Shown piece after piece: positions 52,419 through 64,000 of a stretch of DNA of 64,000 nt (positions are counted from its first letter, which is position 1; each line of letters begins with the position of its first letter). The translations under genes and the position numbers were made by a program. Below the pieces are notes generated by a model, which saw only the letters and a program-made list of their open reading frames with translations, was not told where the DNA came from and did no database searches. Source of the DNA: Gordius albopunctatus (lineage: Eukaryota); contig OZ193909.1 in NCBI GenBank assembly GCA_964276515.1, positions 9,982,001 through 10,046,000 of the forward strand. Reading direction: 5' to 3'.

Positions 52419-53071
52419 TGTTTTGTCCGGTAACGATGGATGAAGTTAGTCTTGGTCAATTGTTATGTTCAAGGGCTTCTGTAACGTCAGGGTTGGAGTG
52501 ATAGTTTCAGGGGATTTTGGCTCTTAATCCCGGTCGTTAAATATTGATGCCTTATATGTTTTCGGTTATATTGAGAGAGAACGTAGTCCAGAATCAATTT
52601 ACAATAAATGAACTTTATTCGATACAAGTCACGTCATAGGATACAATTAGCGTGGCAATTATAATTATCTGAGGAGTTGTAGCGAAGAAGGGAATTTCGT
52701 AAAGCAATGACAAAATATATATAATAATCATTTTATATATGGAAACAGGGTCTTTTTATAATGCCCAAGTTTCCTAACCCCCGCCTGTTCCTTATAAGGA
52801 AAATGTTATTAAATTAAACCCCGGCCTCATTTTTTTAGCTTATCTACCTTTTTTATCTTCTTGAACTACCCCTTTTCCGGCCTCATTTTAAGCTTATCTA
52901 CTGTACTAGAACTTTTTCCGGTCTGATTTTAAGCTTATCTGCTCTTACATCTTTTTGAAGTGCTTAATCTTGACCGCTCTCCCCGCTATGAGGATACAAT
53001 ATTCCATCCCCTGCATATGAATATTCTCCAATTCTACTACACCTGCTCCCTTAAGTCTTGAGGATACAACA
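52419..53071 (-). repeat. 5' LTR (653 bp)
   Basis: Direct repeat of 46647-47299 (offset 5772), adjacent to the PBS on the minus strand. Confidence 0.96.
52754..52760 (-). promoter_or_regulatory. Candidate TATA box (TATAAAA) in the 5' LTR
   Basis: TTTTATA on + reads TATAAAA on -. It lies downstream of the repeated U3 motifs and upstream of AATAAA. Confidence 0.45.
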
Positions 53072-53076
53072 ATTAT
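53072..53076. other. Target-site duplication, right copy (ATTAT)
   Basis: ATTAT immediately follows the LTR end AACA, and the satellite resumes in register (GATAAATTTTTACTTC). Confidence 0.92.
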
Positions 53077-56000
53077 GATAAATTTTTACTTCTTATCATG
53101 AAAATCACGTCTGAAAATAACAACTTTCATCGGATGAATATGGTTTAATGGAAATAATTTTAAATATTTTGAGCTGAAAAATATATTTTTTGTTATTTTG
53201 TGTAAAAGAGCTTGAAAAAATATATAAAAGTAAGCTAATTTGAGATTCCTATTAATCTCGATCGACTCCTTATAAGAAGTTTTAAGCTGCGAGAACTATC
53301 ATTTTGTTGAGAGACAACGTTATATTGTTGCGATTAGTTTGTTTCATCGCGACGAGACTGCTGAATTTTTGAAACATGCTATATGCGATGATCATCTCAA
53401 AGTAATAGTTATCTAATTGTGATAAATTTTTACTTCTTATCATGAAAATCACGTCTGAAAATAACAACTTTCATCGGATGAATATGGTTTAATGGAAATA
53501 ATTTTAAATATTTTTAGCTAAAAAAATATTTTTTTTGTTATTTTATGTAAAAGAGCTTGAAAAAATATATAAAAGTAAGCTATCTTGAGATTCCTATTAA
53601 TCTCGATCGACTCCTTATAAGAAGTTTTAAGCTGCGAGAACTATCATTTTGAGGAAAGACAACGTTATATTGCTCGATTAGTTTGTTTCATCGCAACGAG
53701 AGTGCTGAATTTTTGAAACATGCTATATGCGATGATTATTTCAAAGTAATAGTTATCTAATTGTGATAAATTTTTACTTCTTATCATGAAAATCACGTCT
53801 GAAAATAACAACTTTCATCGGATGAATATGGTTTAATGGAAATAATTTTAAATATTTTTAGCTAAAAAAATATTTTTTTTGTTATTTTATGTAAAAGAGC
53901 TTGAAAAAATATATAAAAGTAAGCTAATTTGAGATTCCTATTAATCTCGATCGACTCCTTATAAGAAGTTTTAAGCTGCGAGAACTATCATTTTGAGGAA
54001 AGACAACGTTATATTGTTGCGATTAGTTTGTTTCATCGCGACGAGAGTGCTGAATTTTTGAAACATGCTATATGCGATGATTATTTCAAAGTAATAGTTA
54101 TCTAATTGTGATAAATTTTAACTTCTTATCATGAAAATCACGTCTGAAAATAACAACTTTCATCGGATGAATATGGTTTAATGGAAATAATTTTAAATAT
54201 TTTGAGCTGAAAAATATATTTTTTGTTATTTTGTGTAAAAGAGCTTGAAAAAATATATAAAAGTATGTTAATTTGAGATTCATATTAATCTCGATCGACT
54301 CCTTATAATAAGTTTTAAGCTGCGAGAACTATCATTTTGAGGAAAGACAACGTTATATTGTTGCGATTATCATCGCGACGAGAGTGCTGAATTTTTGAAA
54401 CATGCTATATGCGATGATTATTTCAAAGTAATAGTTATCTAATTGTGATAAATTTTTACTTCTTATCATGAAAATCACGTCTGAAAATAACAACTTTCAT
54501 CGGATGAATATGGTTTAATGGAAATAATTTTAAATATTTTTAGCTAAAAAAATATTTTTTTTGTTATTTTATGTAAAAGAGCTTGAAAAAATATATAAAA
54601 GTAAGCTAATTTGAGATTCCTATTAATCTCGATCGACTCCTTATAAGAAGTTTTAAGCTGCGAGAACTATCATTTTGAGGAAAGACAACGTTATATTGTT
54701 GCGATTAGTTTGTTTCATCGCGACGAGAGTGCTGAATTTTTGAAACATGCTATATGCGATGATTATTTCAAAGTAATAGTTATCTAATTGTGATAAATTT
54801 TAACTTCTTATCATGAAAATCACGTCTGAAAATAACAACTTTCATCGGATGAATATGGTTTAATGGAAATAATTTTAAATATTTTGAGCTGAAAAATATA
54901 TTTTTTGTTATTTTGTGTAAAAGAGCTTGAAAAAATATGTAAAAGTAAGCTAATTTGAGATTCCTATTAATCTCGATCGACTCCTTATAAGAAGTTTTAA
55001 GCTGTGAGAACTATCATTTTGAGGAGAGACAACGTTATATTGTTGCGATTAGTTTGTTTCATCGCGACGAGAGTGCTGAATTTTTGAAACATGCTATATG
55101 CGATGATTATTTCAAAGTAATAGTTATCTAATTGTGATAAATTTTTACTTCTTATCATGATAATCACGTCTGAAAATAACAACTTTCATCGGATGAATAT
55201 GGTTTAATGGAAATAATTTTAAATATTTTGAGCTAAAAAACGATATTTTTTGTTATTTTATGTAAAAGAGCTTGAAAAAATATATAAAAGTATGTTAATT
55301 TGAGATTCATATTAATCTCGATCGACTCCTTATAATAAGTTTTAAGCTGCGAGAACTATCATTTTGAGGAAAGACAACGTTATATTGTTGCGATTATCAT
55401 CGCGACGAGAGTGCTGAATTTTTGAAACATGCTATATGCGATGATTATTTCAAAGTAATAGTTATCTAATTGTGATAAATTTTTACTTCTTATCATGAAA
55501 ATCACGTCTGAAAATAACAACTTTCATCGGATGAATATGGTTTAATGGAAATAATTTTAAATATTTTTAGCTAAAAAAATATTTTTTCTGTTATTTTATG
55601 TAAAAGAGCTTGAAAAAATATATAAAAGTAAGCTAATTTGAGATTCCTATTAATCTCGATCGACTCCTTATAAGAAGTTTTAAGCTGCGAGAACTATCAT
55701 TTTGAGGAAAGACAACGTTATATTGTTGCGATTAGTTTGTTTCATCGCGACGAGAGTGCTGAATTTTTGAAACATGCTATATGCGATGATTATTTCAAAG
55801 TAATAGTTATCTAATTGTGATAAATTTTAACTTCTTATCATGAAAATCACGTCTGAAAATAACAACTTTCATCGGATGAATATGGTTTAATGGAAATAAT
55901 TTTAAATATTTTGAGCTGAAAAATATATTTTTTGTTATTTTGTGTAAAAGAGCTTGAAAAAATATATAAAAGTATGTTAATTTGAGATTCATATTAATCT

Positions 56001-59000
56001 CGATCGACTCCTTATAATAAGTTTTAAGCTGCGAGAACTATCATTTTGAGGAAAGACAACGTTATATTGTTGCGATTATCATCGCGACGAGAGTGCTGAA
56101 TTTTTGAAACATGCTATATGCGATGATTATTTCAAAGTAATAGTTATCTAATTGTGATAAATTTTTACTTCTTATCATGAAAATCACGTCTGAAAATAAC
56201 AACTTTCATCGGATGAATATGGTTTAATGGAAATAATTTTAAATATTTTTAGCTAAAAAAATATTTTTTTTGTTATTTTATGTAAAAGAGCTTGAAAAAA
56301 TATATAAAAGTAAGCTAATTTGAGATTCCTATTAATCTCGATCGACTCCTTATAAGAAGTTTTAAGCTGCGAGAACTATCATTTTGAGGAAAGACAACGT
56401 TATATTGTTGCGATTAGTTTGTTTCATCGCGACGAGAGTGCTGAATTTTTGAAACATGCTATATGCGATGATTATTTCAAAGTAATAGTTATCTAATTGT
56501 GATAAATTTTAACTTCTTATCATGAAAATCACGTCTGAAAATAACAACTTTCATCGGATGAATATGGTTTAATGGAAATAATTTTAAATATTTTGAGCTG
56601 AAAAATATATTTTTTGTTATTTTGTGTAAAAGAGCTTGAAAAAATATGTAAAAGTAAGCTAATTTGAGATTCCTATTAATCTCGATCGACTCCTTATAAG
56701 AAGTTTTAAGCTGTGAGAACTATCATTTTGAGGAGAGACAACGTTATATTGTTGCGATTAGTTTGTTTCATCGCGACGAGAGTGCTGAATTTTTGAAACA
56801 TGCTATATGCGATGATTATTTCAAAGTAATAGTTATCTAATTGTGATAAATTTTTACTTCTTATCATGATAATCACGTCTGAAAATAACAACTTTCATCG
56901 GATGAATATGGTTTAATGGAAATAATTTTAAATATTTTGAGCTAAAAAACGATATTTTTTGTTATTTTATGTAAAAGAGCTTGAAAAAATATGTAAAAGT
57001 AAGCTAATTTGAGATTCATATTAATCTCGATCGACTCCTTATAAGAAGTTTTAAGCTGTGAGAACTATCATTTTGAGGAGAGACAACGTTATATTGTTGC
57101 GATTAGTTTGTTTCATCGCGACGAGAGTGCTGAATTTTTGAAACATGCTATATGCGATGATTATTTCAAAGTAATAGTTATCTAATTGTGATAAATTTTT
57201 ACTTCTTATCATGGAATACACGTCTGAAAATAACAACTTTCATCGGATCAATATGTGTTAATGGAAATAATTTTTAATATTTTGAGCTGAAAAATATATT
57301 TTTTGTTATTTTATGTAAAAGAGCTTGAAAAAATATATAAAAGTAAGCTAATTTGAGATTCCTATTAATCTCGATCGACTCCTTATAAGAAGTTTTAAGC
57401 TGCGAGAACTATCATTTTGAGGAAAGACAACGTTATATTGTTGCGATTAGTTTGTTTCATCGCGACGAGAGTGCTGAATTTTTGAAACATGCTATATGCG
57501 ATGATTATTTTAAAGTAATAGTTATCTAATTATGATAAATTTTTACTTCTTATCATGAAAATCACGTCTGAAAATAACAACTTTCATCGGATGAATATGG
57601 TTTAATGGAAATAATTTTAAATATTTTGAGCTGAAAAATATATTTTTTGTTATTTTATGTAAAAGAGCTTGAAAAAATATATGAAAGTAAGATAATTTGA
57701 GATTCCTATTAATCTCGATCGACTCCTTATAAGAAGTTTTAAGCTGTGAGAACTATCATTTTGAGGAGAGACAACGTTATATTGTTGCGATTAGTTTGTT
57801 TCATCGCGACGAGACTGCTGCTTTTTGAAACATGCTATATGCGATGATTATTTCAAAGTAATAGTTATCTAATTGTGATAAATTTTTACTTCTTATCATG
57901 GAATACACGTCTGAAAATAACAACTTTCATCGGATCAATATGTGTTAATGGAAATAATTTTTAATATTTTGAGCTGAAAAATATATTTTTTGTTATTTTA
58001 TGTAAAAGAGCTTGGAAAAATATATAAAAGTAAGCTAATTTGAGATTCCTATTAATCTCGATCGACTCCTTATAAGAAGTTTTAAGCTGCGAGAACTATC
58101 ATTTTGAGGAAAGACAGCGTTATATTGTTGCGATTAGTTTGTTTCATCGCGACGAGAGTGCTGAATTTTTGAAACATGCTATATGCGATGATTATTTCAA
58201 AGTAATAGTTATCTAATTGTGATAAATTTTTACTTCTTATCATGAAAATCACGTCTGAAAATAACAACTTTCATCGGATGAATATGGTTTAATGGAAATA
58301 ATTTTAAATATTTTGAGCTGAAAAATATATTTTTTGTTATTTTGTGTAAAAGAGCTTGAAAAAATATGTAAAAGTAAGCTAATTTGAAAATCCTTTTAAT
58401 CTCGATCGACTCCTTATAATAAGTTTTAAGCTGCGAGAACTATCATTTTGAGGAAAGACAACGTTATATTGTTGCGATTATCATCGCGACGAGAGTGCTG
58501 AATTTTTGAAACATGCTATATGCGATGATTATTTCAAAGTAATAGTTATCTAATTGTGATAAATTTTTACTTCTTATGATGGAATACACGTCTGAAAATA
58601 ACAACTTTCATCGGATGAATATGGTTTAATGGAAATAATTTTAAATATTTTGAGCTAAAAAACGATATTTTTTGTTATTTTATGTAAAAGAGCTTGAAAA
58701 AATATGTAAAAGTAAGCTAATTTGAGATTCATATTAATCTCGATCGACTCCTTATAAGAAGTTTAAAGCTGCGAGAACTATCATTTTGAGGAAAGACAAC
58801 GTTATATTGTTGCGATTAGTTTGTTTCATCGCGACGAGAGTGCTGAATTTTTGAAACATGCTATATGCGATGATGATTTCAAATTAATAGTTATCTAATT
58901 GTGATAAATTTTTACATCTTATCATGGAATACACGTCTGAAAATAACAACTCTTATCGGATGAATATGGTTGAAAGGAAAAAATTTGAAATATTTTGAGC

Positions 59001-62000
59001 TAAAATATATATATTTTGTTATTTTATATAAAAGAGGTTGAAAAAATATATAGAAGTAAGCTAATTTGAGAATCCTATTAATCTCGATCGACTCCTTATA
59101 AGAAGTTTTAAGCTGCGAGAACTATCATTTTGAGGAAAGACAACGTTATATTGTTGCGATTAGTTTGTTTCATCGCGACGAGAGTGCTGAATTTTTGAAA
59201 CATGCTATATGCGATGATTATTTCAAAGTAATAGTTATCTAATTGTGATAAATTTTAACTTCTTATCATGAAAATCACGTCTGAAAATAACAACTTTCAT
59301 CGGATGAATATGGTTTAATGGAAATAATTTTAAATATTTTGAGCTGAAAAATATATTTTTAGTTATTTTGTGTAAAAGAGCTTGAAAAAATATATAAAAG
59401 TATGCTAATTTGAGATTCCTATTAATCTCGATCGACTCCTTATAAGAAGTTTTAATCTGCGAAAACTATCATTTTGTTGAGAGACAACGTTATATTGTTG
59501 CGATTAGTTTGTTTCATCGCGACGAGACTGCTGAATTTTTGAAACATGCTATATGCGATGATTATTTCAAAGTAATAGTTATCTAATTGTGATAAATTTT
59601 TACTTCTTATCATGGAATACACGTGTGAAAATAACAACTTTCATCGGATCAATATGTGTTAATGGAAATAATTTTTAATATTTTGAGCTGAAAAATATAT
59701 TTTTTGTTATTTTATGTAAAAGAGCTTGAAAAAATATATAAAAGTAAGCTAATTTGAGATTCCTATTAATCTCGATCGACTCCTTATAAGAAGTTTTAAG
59801 CTGCGAGAACTATCATTTTGGGGAAAGACAACGTTATATTGTTGCGATTAGTTTGTTTCATCGCGACGAGACTGCTGAATTTTTGAAACAAGCTATATGC
59901 GATGATTATTTCAAAGTAATAGTTATCTAATTGTGATAAATTTTTACTTCTTATGATGGAATACACGTCTGAAAATAACAACTTTCATCGGATGAATATG
60001 GTTTAATGGAAATAATTTTAAATATTTTGAGCTAAAAAACTATATTTTTTGTTATTTTATGTAAAAGAGCTTGAAAAAATATATAAAAGTAAGCTAATTT
60101 GAGATTCCTATTAATCTCGATCGACTCCTTATAAGAAGTTTTAAGCTGCGAGAACTATCATTTTGAGGAAAGAAAACGTTATATTGTTGCGATTATCATC
60201 GCGACGAGAATGCTGAATTTTTGAAACATGCTATATGCGATGATTATTTCAAATTAATAGTTATCTAATTGTGATAAATTTTTACTTCTTATCATGGAAT
60301 ACACGTCTGAAAATAAGAAATTTTATCGGATGAATATGGTTTAATGGAAACAATTTTAAATATTTTTAGCTAAAAAAATATTTTTTTTGTTATTTTATGT
60401 AAAAGAGCTTGAAAAAATATATAAAAGTAAGCTAATTTGAGATTCCTATTAATCTCGATCGACTCCTTATAAGAAGTTTTAAGCTGCGAGAACTATCATT
60501 TTGAGGAAAGAAAACGTTATATTGTTGCGATTATCATCGCGACGAGAATGCTGAATTTTTGAAACATGCTATATGCGATGATGATTTCAAATTAATAGTT
60601 ATCTAATTGTGATAAATTTTTACTTCTTATCATGGAATACACGTCTGAAAATAACAACTTTCATCGGATGAATATGGTTGAAAGGAAAAAATATGAAATA
60701 TTTTGAGCTAAAATATATATATTTTGTTATTTATATAAAAGAGGTTGAAAAAATATATAGAAATAAGCTAATTTGAGAATCCTATTAATCTCGATCGACT
60801 CCTTATAAGAAGTTTTAAGCTGCGAGAACTAACATTTTGAGGAGAGACAACGTTATATTGTTGCGATTAGTTTGTTTCATCGCGACGAGACTGCTGCTTT
60901 TTCTAACATGCTATATGCGATGATTATTTCAAAGTAATAGTTATCTAATTGTGATAAATTTTTACTTCTTATCATGGAATACACGTCTGAAAATAACAAC
61001 TTTCATCGGATCAATATGTGTTAATGGAAATAATTTTTAATATTTTGAGCTGAAAAATATATTTTTTGTTATTTTATGTAAAAGAGCTTGAAAAAATATA
61101 TAAAAGTAAGCTAATTTGAGATTCCTTTTAATCTCGATCGACTCCTTATAAGAAGTTTTAAGCTGCGAGAACTATCATTTTGAGGAAAGACAACGTTATA
61201 TTGTTGCGATTAGTTTGTTTCATCGCGACGAGAGTGCTGAATTTTTGAAACATGCTATATGCGATGATTATTTCAAAGTAATAGTTATCTAATTGTGATA
61301 AATTTTTACTTCTTATCATGGAATACACGTCTAAAAATAACAACTTTCATCGGATGAATATGGTTTAATGGAAATAATTTTAAATATTTTGAGCTGAAAA
61401 ATATATTTTTAGTTATTTTGTGTAAAAGAGCTTGAAAAAATATATAAAAGTATGCTAATTTGAGATTCCTATTAATCTCGATCGACTCCTTATAAGAAGT
61501 TTTAATCTGCGAAAACTATCATTTTGTTGAGAGACAACGTTATATTGTTGCGATTAGTTTGTTTCATCGCGACGAGACTGCTGAATTTTTGAAACATGCT
61601 ATATGCGATGATTATTTCAAAGTAATAGTTATCTAATTGTGATAAATTTTTACTTCTTATCATGGAAATCACGTCTGAAAATAACAACTTTCATCGGATG
61701 AATATGGTTTAATGGAAATAATTTTAAATATTTTTAGCAAAAAAAATATTTTTTTTGTTATTTTATGTAAAAGAGCTTGAAAAAATATATAAAAGTAAGC
61801 TAATTTGAGATTCCTATTAATCTCGATCGACTCCTTATAAGAAGTTTTAAGCTGCGAGAACTATCATTTTGCGGAAAGACAACGTTATATTGTTGCGATT
61901 AGTTTGTTTCATCGCGACGAGAGTGCTGAATTTTTGAAACATGCTATATGCGATGATTATTTCAAAGTAATAGTTATCTAATTGTGATAAATTTTAACTT

Positions 62001-64000
62001 CTTATCATGAAAATCACGTCTGAAAATAACAACTTTCATCGGATGAATATGGTTTAATGGAAATAATTTTAAATATTTTTAGCTAAAAAAATATTTTTTT
62101 TGTTATTTTATGTAAAAGAGCTTGAAAAAATATATAAAAGTAAGCTAATTTTAGATTCCTATTAATCTCGATCGACTCCTTATAAGAAGTTTTAAGCTGC
62201 GAGAACTATCATTTTGAGGAAAGACAACGTTATATTGTTGCGATTATCATCGCGACGATAGTGCTGAATTTTTGAAACATGACATATGCGATGATTATTT
62301 CAAAGTAATAGTTATCTAATTGTGATAAATTTTTACTTCTTATCATGGAAATCACGTCTAAAAATAACAACTTTCATCGGATGAATATGGGTTAATGGAA
62401 ATAATTTTAAATATTTTGAGCTAAAAAAATATATTTTTTGTTATTTTATGTAAAAGAGCTTGAAAAATATATAAAAGTAAGCTAATTTGAAAATCCTATT
62501 AATCTCGATCGACTCCTTATAATAAGTTTTAAGCTGCGAGAACTATCATTTTGAGGAAAGACAACGTTATATTGTTGCGATTATCATCGCGACGATAGTG
62601 CTGAATTTTTGAAACATGCTATATGCGATGATTATTTCAAAGTAATAGTTATCTAATTGTGATAAATTTTTACTTCTTATGATGGAATACACGTCTGAAA
62701 ATAACAACTTTCATCGGATGAATATGGTTTAATGGAAATAATTTTAAATATTTTGAGCTAAAAAACGATATTTTTTGTTATTTTATGTAAAAGAGCTTGA
62801 AAAAATATGTAAAAGTAAGCTAATTTGAGATTCATATTAATCTCGATCGACTCCTTATAAGAAGTTTTAATCTGCGAAAACTATTATTTTGAGGAAAGAC
62901 AACGTTATATTGTTGCGATTATCATCGCGACGAGAGTGCTGAATTTTTGAAACATGCTATATGCGATGATTATTTCAAAGTAATAGTTATCTAATTGTGA
63001 TAAATTTTTACTTCTTATGATGGAATACACGTCTGAAAATAACAACTTTCATCGGATCAATATGGTTTAATGGAAATAATTTTAAATATTTTGAGCTAAA
63101 AAACGATATTTTTTGTTATTTTATGTAAAAGAGCTTGAAAAAATATGTAAAAGTAAGCTAATTTGAGATTCCTATTAATCTCGATCGACTCCTTATAAGA
63201 AGTTTTAAGCTGCGAGAACTATCATTTTGAGGAAAGACAACGTTATATTGTTGCGATTAGTTTGTTTCATCGCGACGAGAGTGCTGAATTTTTGAAACAT
63301 GCTATATGCGATGATTATTTCAAAGTAATAGTTATCTAATTGTGATAAATTTTTACTTCTTATCATAGAATACACGTCTGAAAATAACAACTTTCATCGG
63401 ATGAATATGGTTTAATGGAAATATATTTAAATATTTTGAGCTAAAAAACGATATTTTTTGTTATTTTATGAAAAAGAGCTTGAAAAAATATATAAAAGTA
63501 AGCTAATTTGAGATTCCTATTAATCTCAATCGACTCCTTATAAGAAGTTTTAAGCTGCGAGAACTATCATTTTGAGGAAAGACAACGTTATATTGTTGCG
63601 ATTATCATCGCGACGATAGTGCTAAATTTTTGAAGCATGACATATGCGATGATTATTTCAAAGTAATAGTTATCTAATTGTGATAAATTTTTACTTCTTA
63701 TCATGGAAATCCCCTCTGAAAATAACAACTTTCATCGGATGAATATGGTTTAATGGAAATAATTTTTAATATTTTGAGCTGAAAAATATATTTTTTGTTA
63801 TTTTATGTAAAAGAGCTTGAAAAAATATATAAAAGTAAGCTAATTTGAGATTCCTTTTAATCTCGATCGACTCCTTATAAGAAGTTTTAAGCTGCGAGAA
63901 CTATCATTTTGAGGAAAGACAACGTTATATTGTTGCGATTAGTTTGTTTCATCGCGACGAGAGTGCTGAATTTTTGAAACATGCTATATGCGATGATTAT
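53072..64000. repeat. Tandem satellite array, ~344-bp monomer (right arm, ~32 monomers, more divergent after ~57.7 kb)
   Basis: Same monomer and orientation as the left arm. The array runs off the right edge of the window. Confidence 0.98.

Larger units (their letters stand above)
46647..53071 (-). mobile_element. Full-length Ty3/Gypsy LTR retrotransposon (Mag-lineage-like pol), 6425 bp
   Basis: Two 653-bp direct LTRs with TG...CA ends, a 5-bp TSD, a PBS next to the right LTR, a PPT next to the left LTR, and PR-RT-RH-IN domain order (Ty3/Gypsy type). The Mag assignment rests on motif resemblance only. Confidence 0.96.

Noticed and set aside
52241..52501. 86-aa plus-strand ORF
   Set aside because: Antisense across the leader, PBS and LTR. 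Its hydrophobicity is explained by AT-rich sequence.
23379..55992. 61-76 aa ORFs MNLKLTYF… / MSQIKTSY…
   Set aside because: Alternative frames of the satellite opened by single SNPs, with no evidence of coding function.
629..63390. About 90 near-identical 61-65 aa minus-strand ORFs (MLFSDV…) resembling a tandem gene family
   Set aside because: They are chance open frames in the satellite monomer. The track's initial M corresponds to a non-ATG (TTG) codon, there is no recognisable domain, and the frame is freely broken by the 7-bp deletion and by stop-creating SNPs.
1..64000. CRISPR-like or prokaryotic repeat array
   Set aside because: There are no unique spacers and no cas genes. The units are contiguous 344-bp tandem copies.

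Overview
Eukaryotic heterochromatin-like, possibly centromeric, DNA. About 90% of the window is a head-to-tail array of an AT-rich ~344-bp satellite: roughly 165-170 monomers, all in one orientation, including 337/338-bp variants that carry a 7-bp deletion. The array is organised into short, locally changing higher-order repeats (3-, 5-, 7-, 8- and 10-mers) and becomes more divergent toward the right end. It is interrupted once, at 46647-53071, by a complete and apparently very young minus-strand Ty3/Gypsy LTR retrotransposon whose pol resembles the Mag lineage. The element has two 653-bp LTRs (identical by eye), an ATTAT target-site duplication, a PBS, a PPT and an intact PR-RT-RH-IN ORF. Its gene layout is atypical. 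I see no recognisable capsid-type gag. CCHC zinc knuckles sit instead in two separate small ORFs, one upstream and one downstream of pol, and each ORF, including pol, has a hydrophobic, membrane-anchor-like segment near its N-terminus. The many 61-76 aa ORFs in the track are satellite artefacts. The host organism cannot be identified from the sequence alone.
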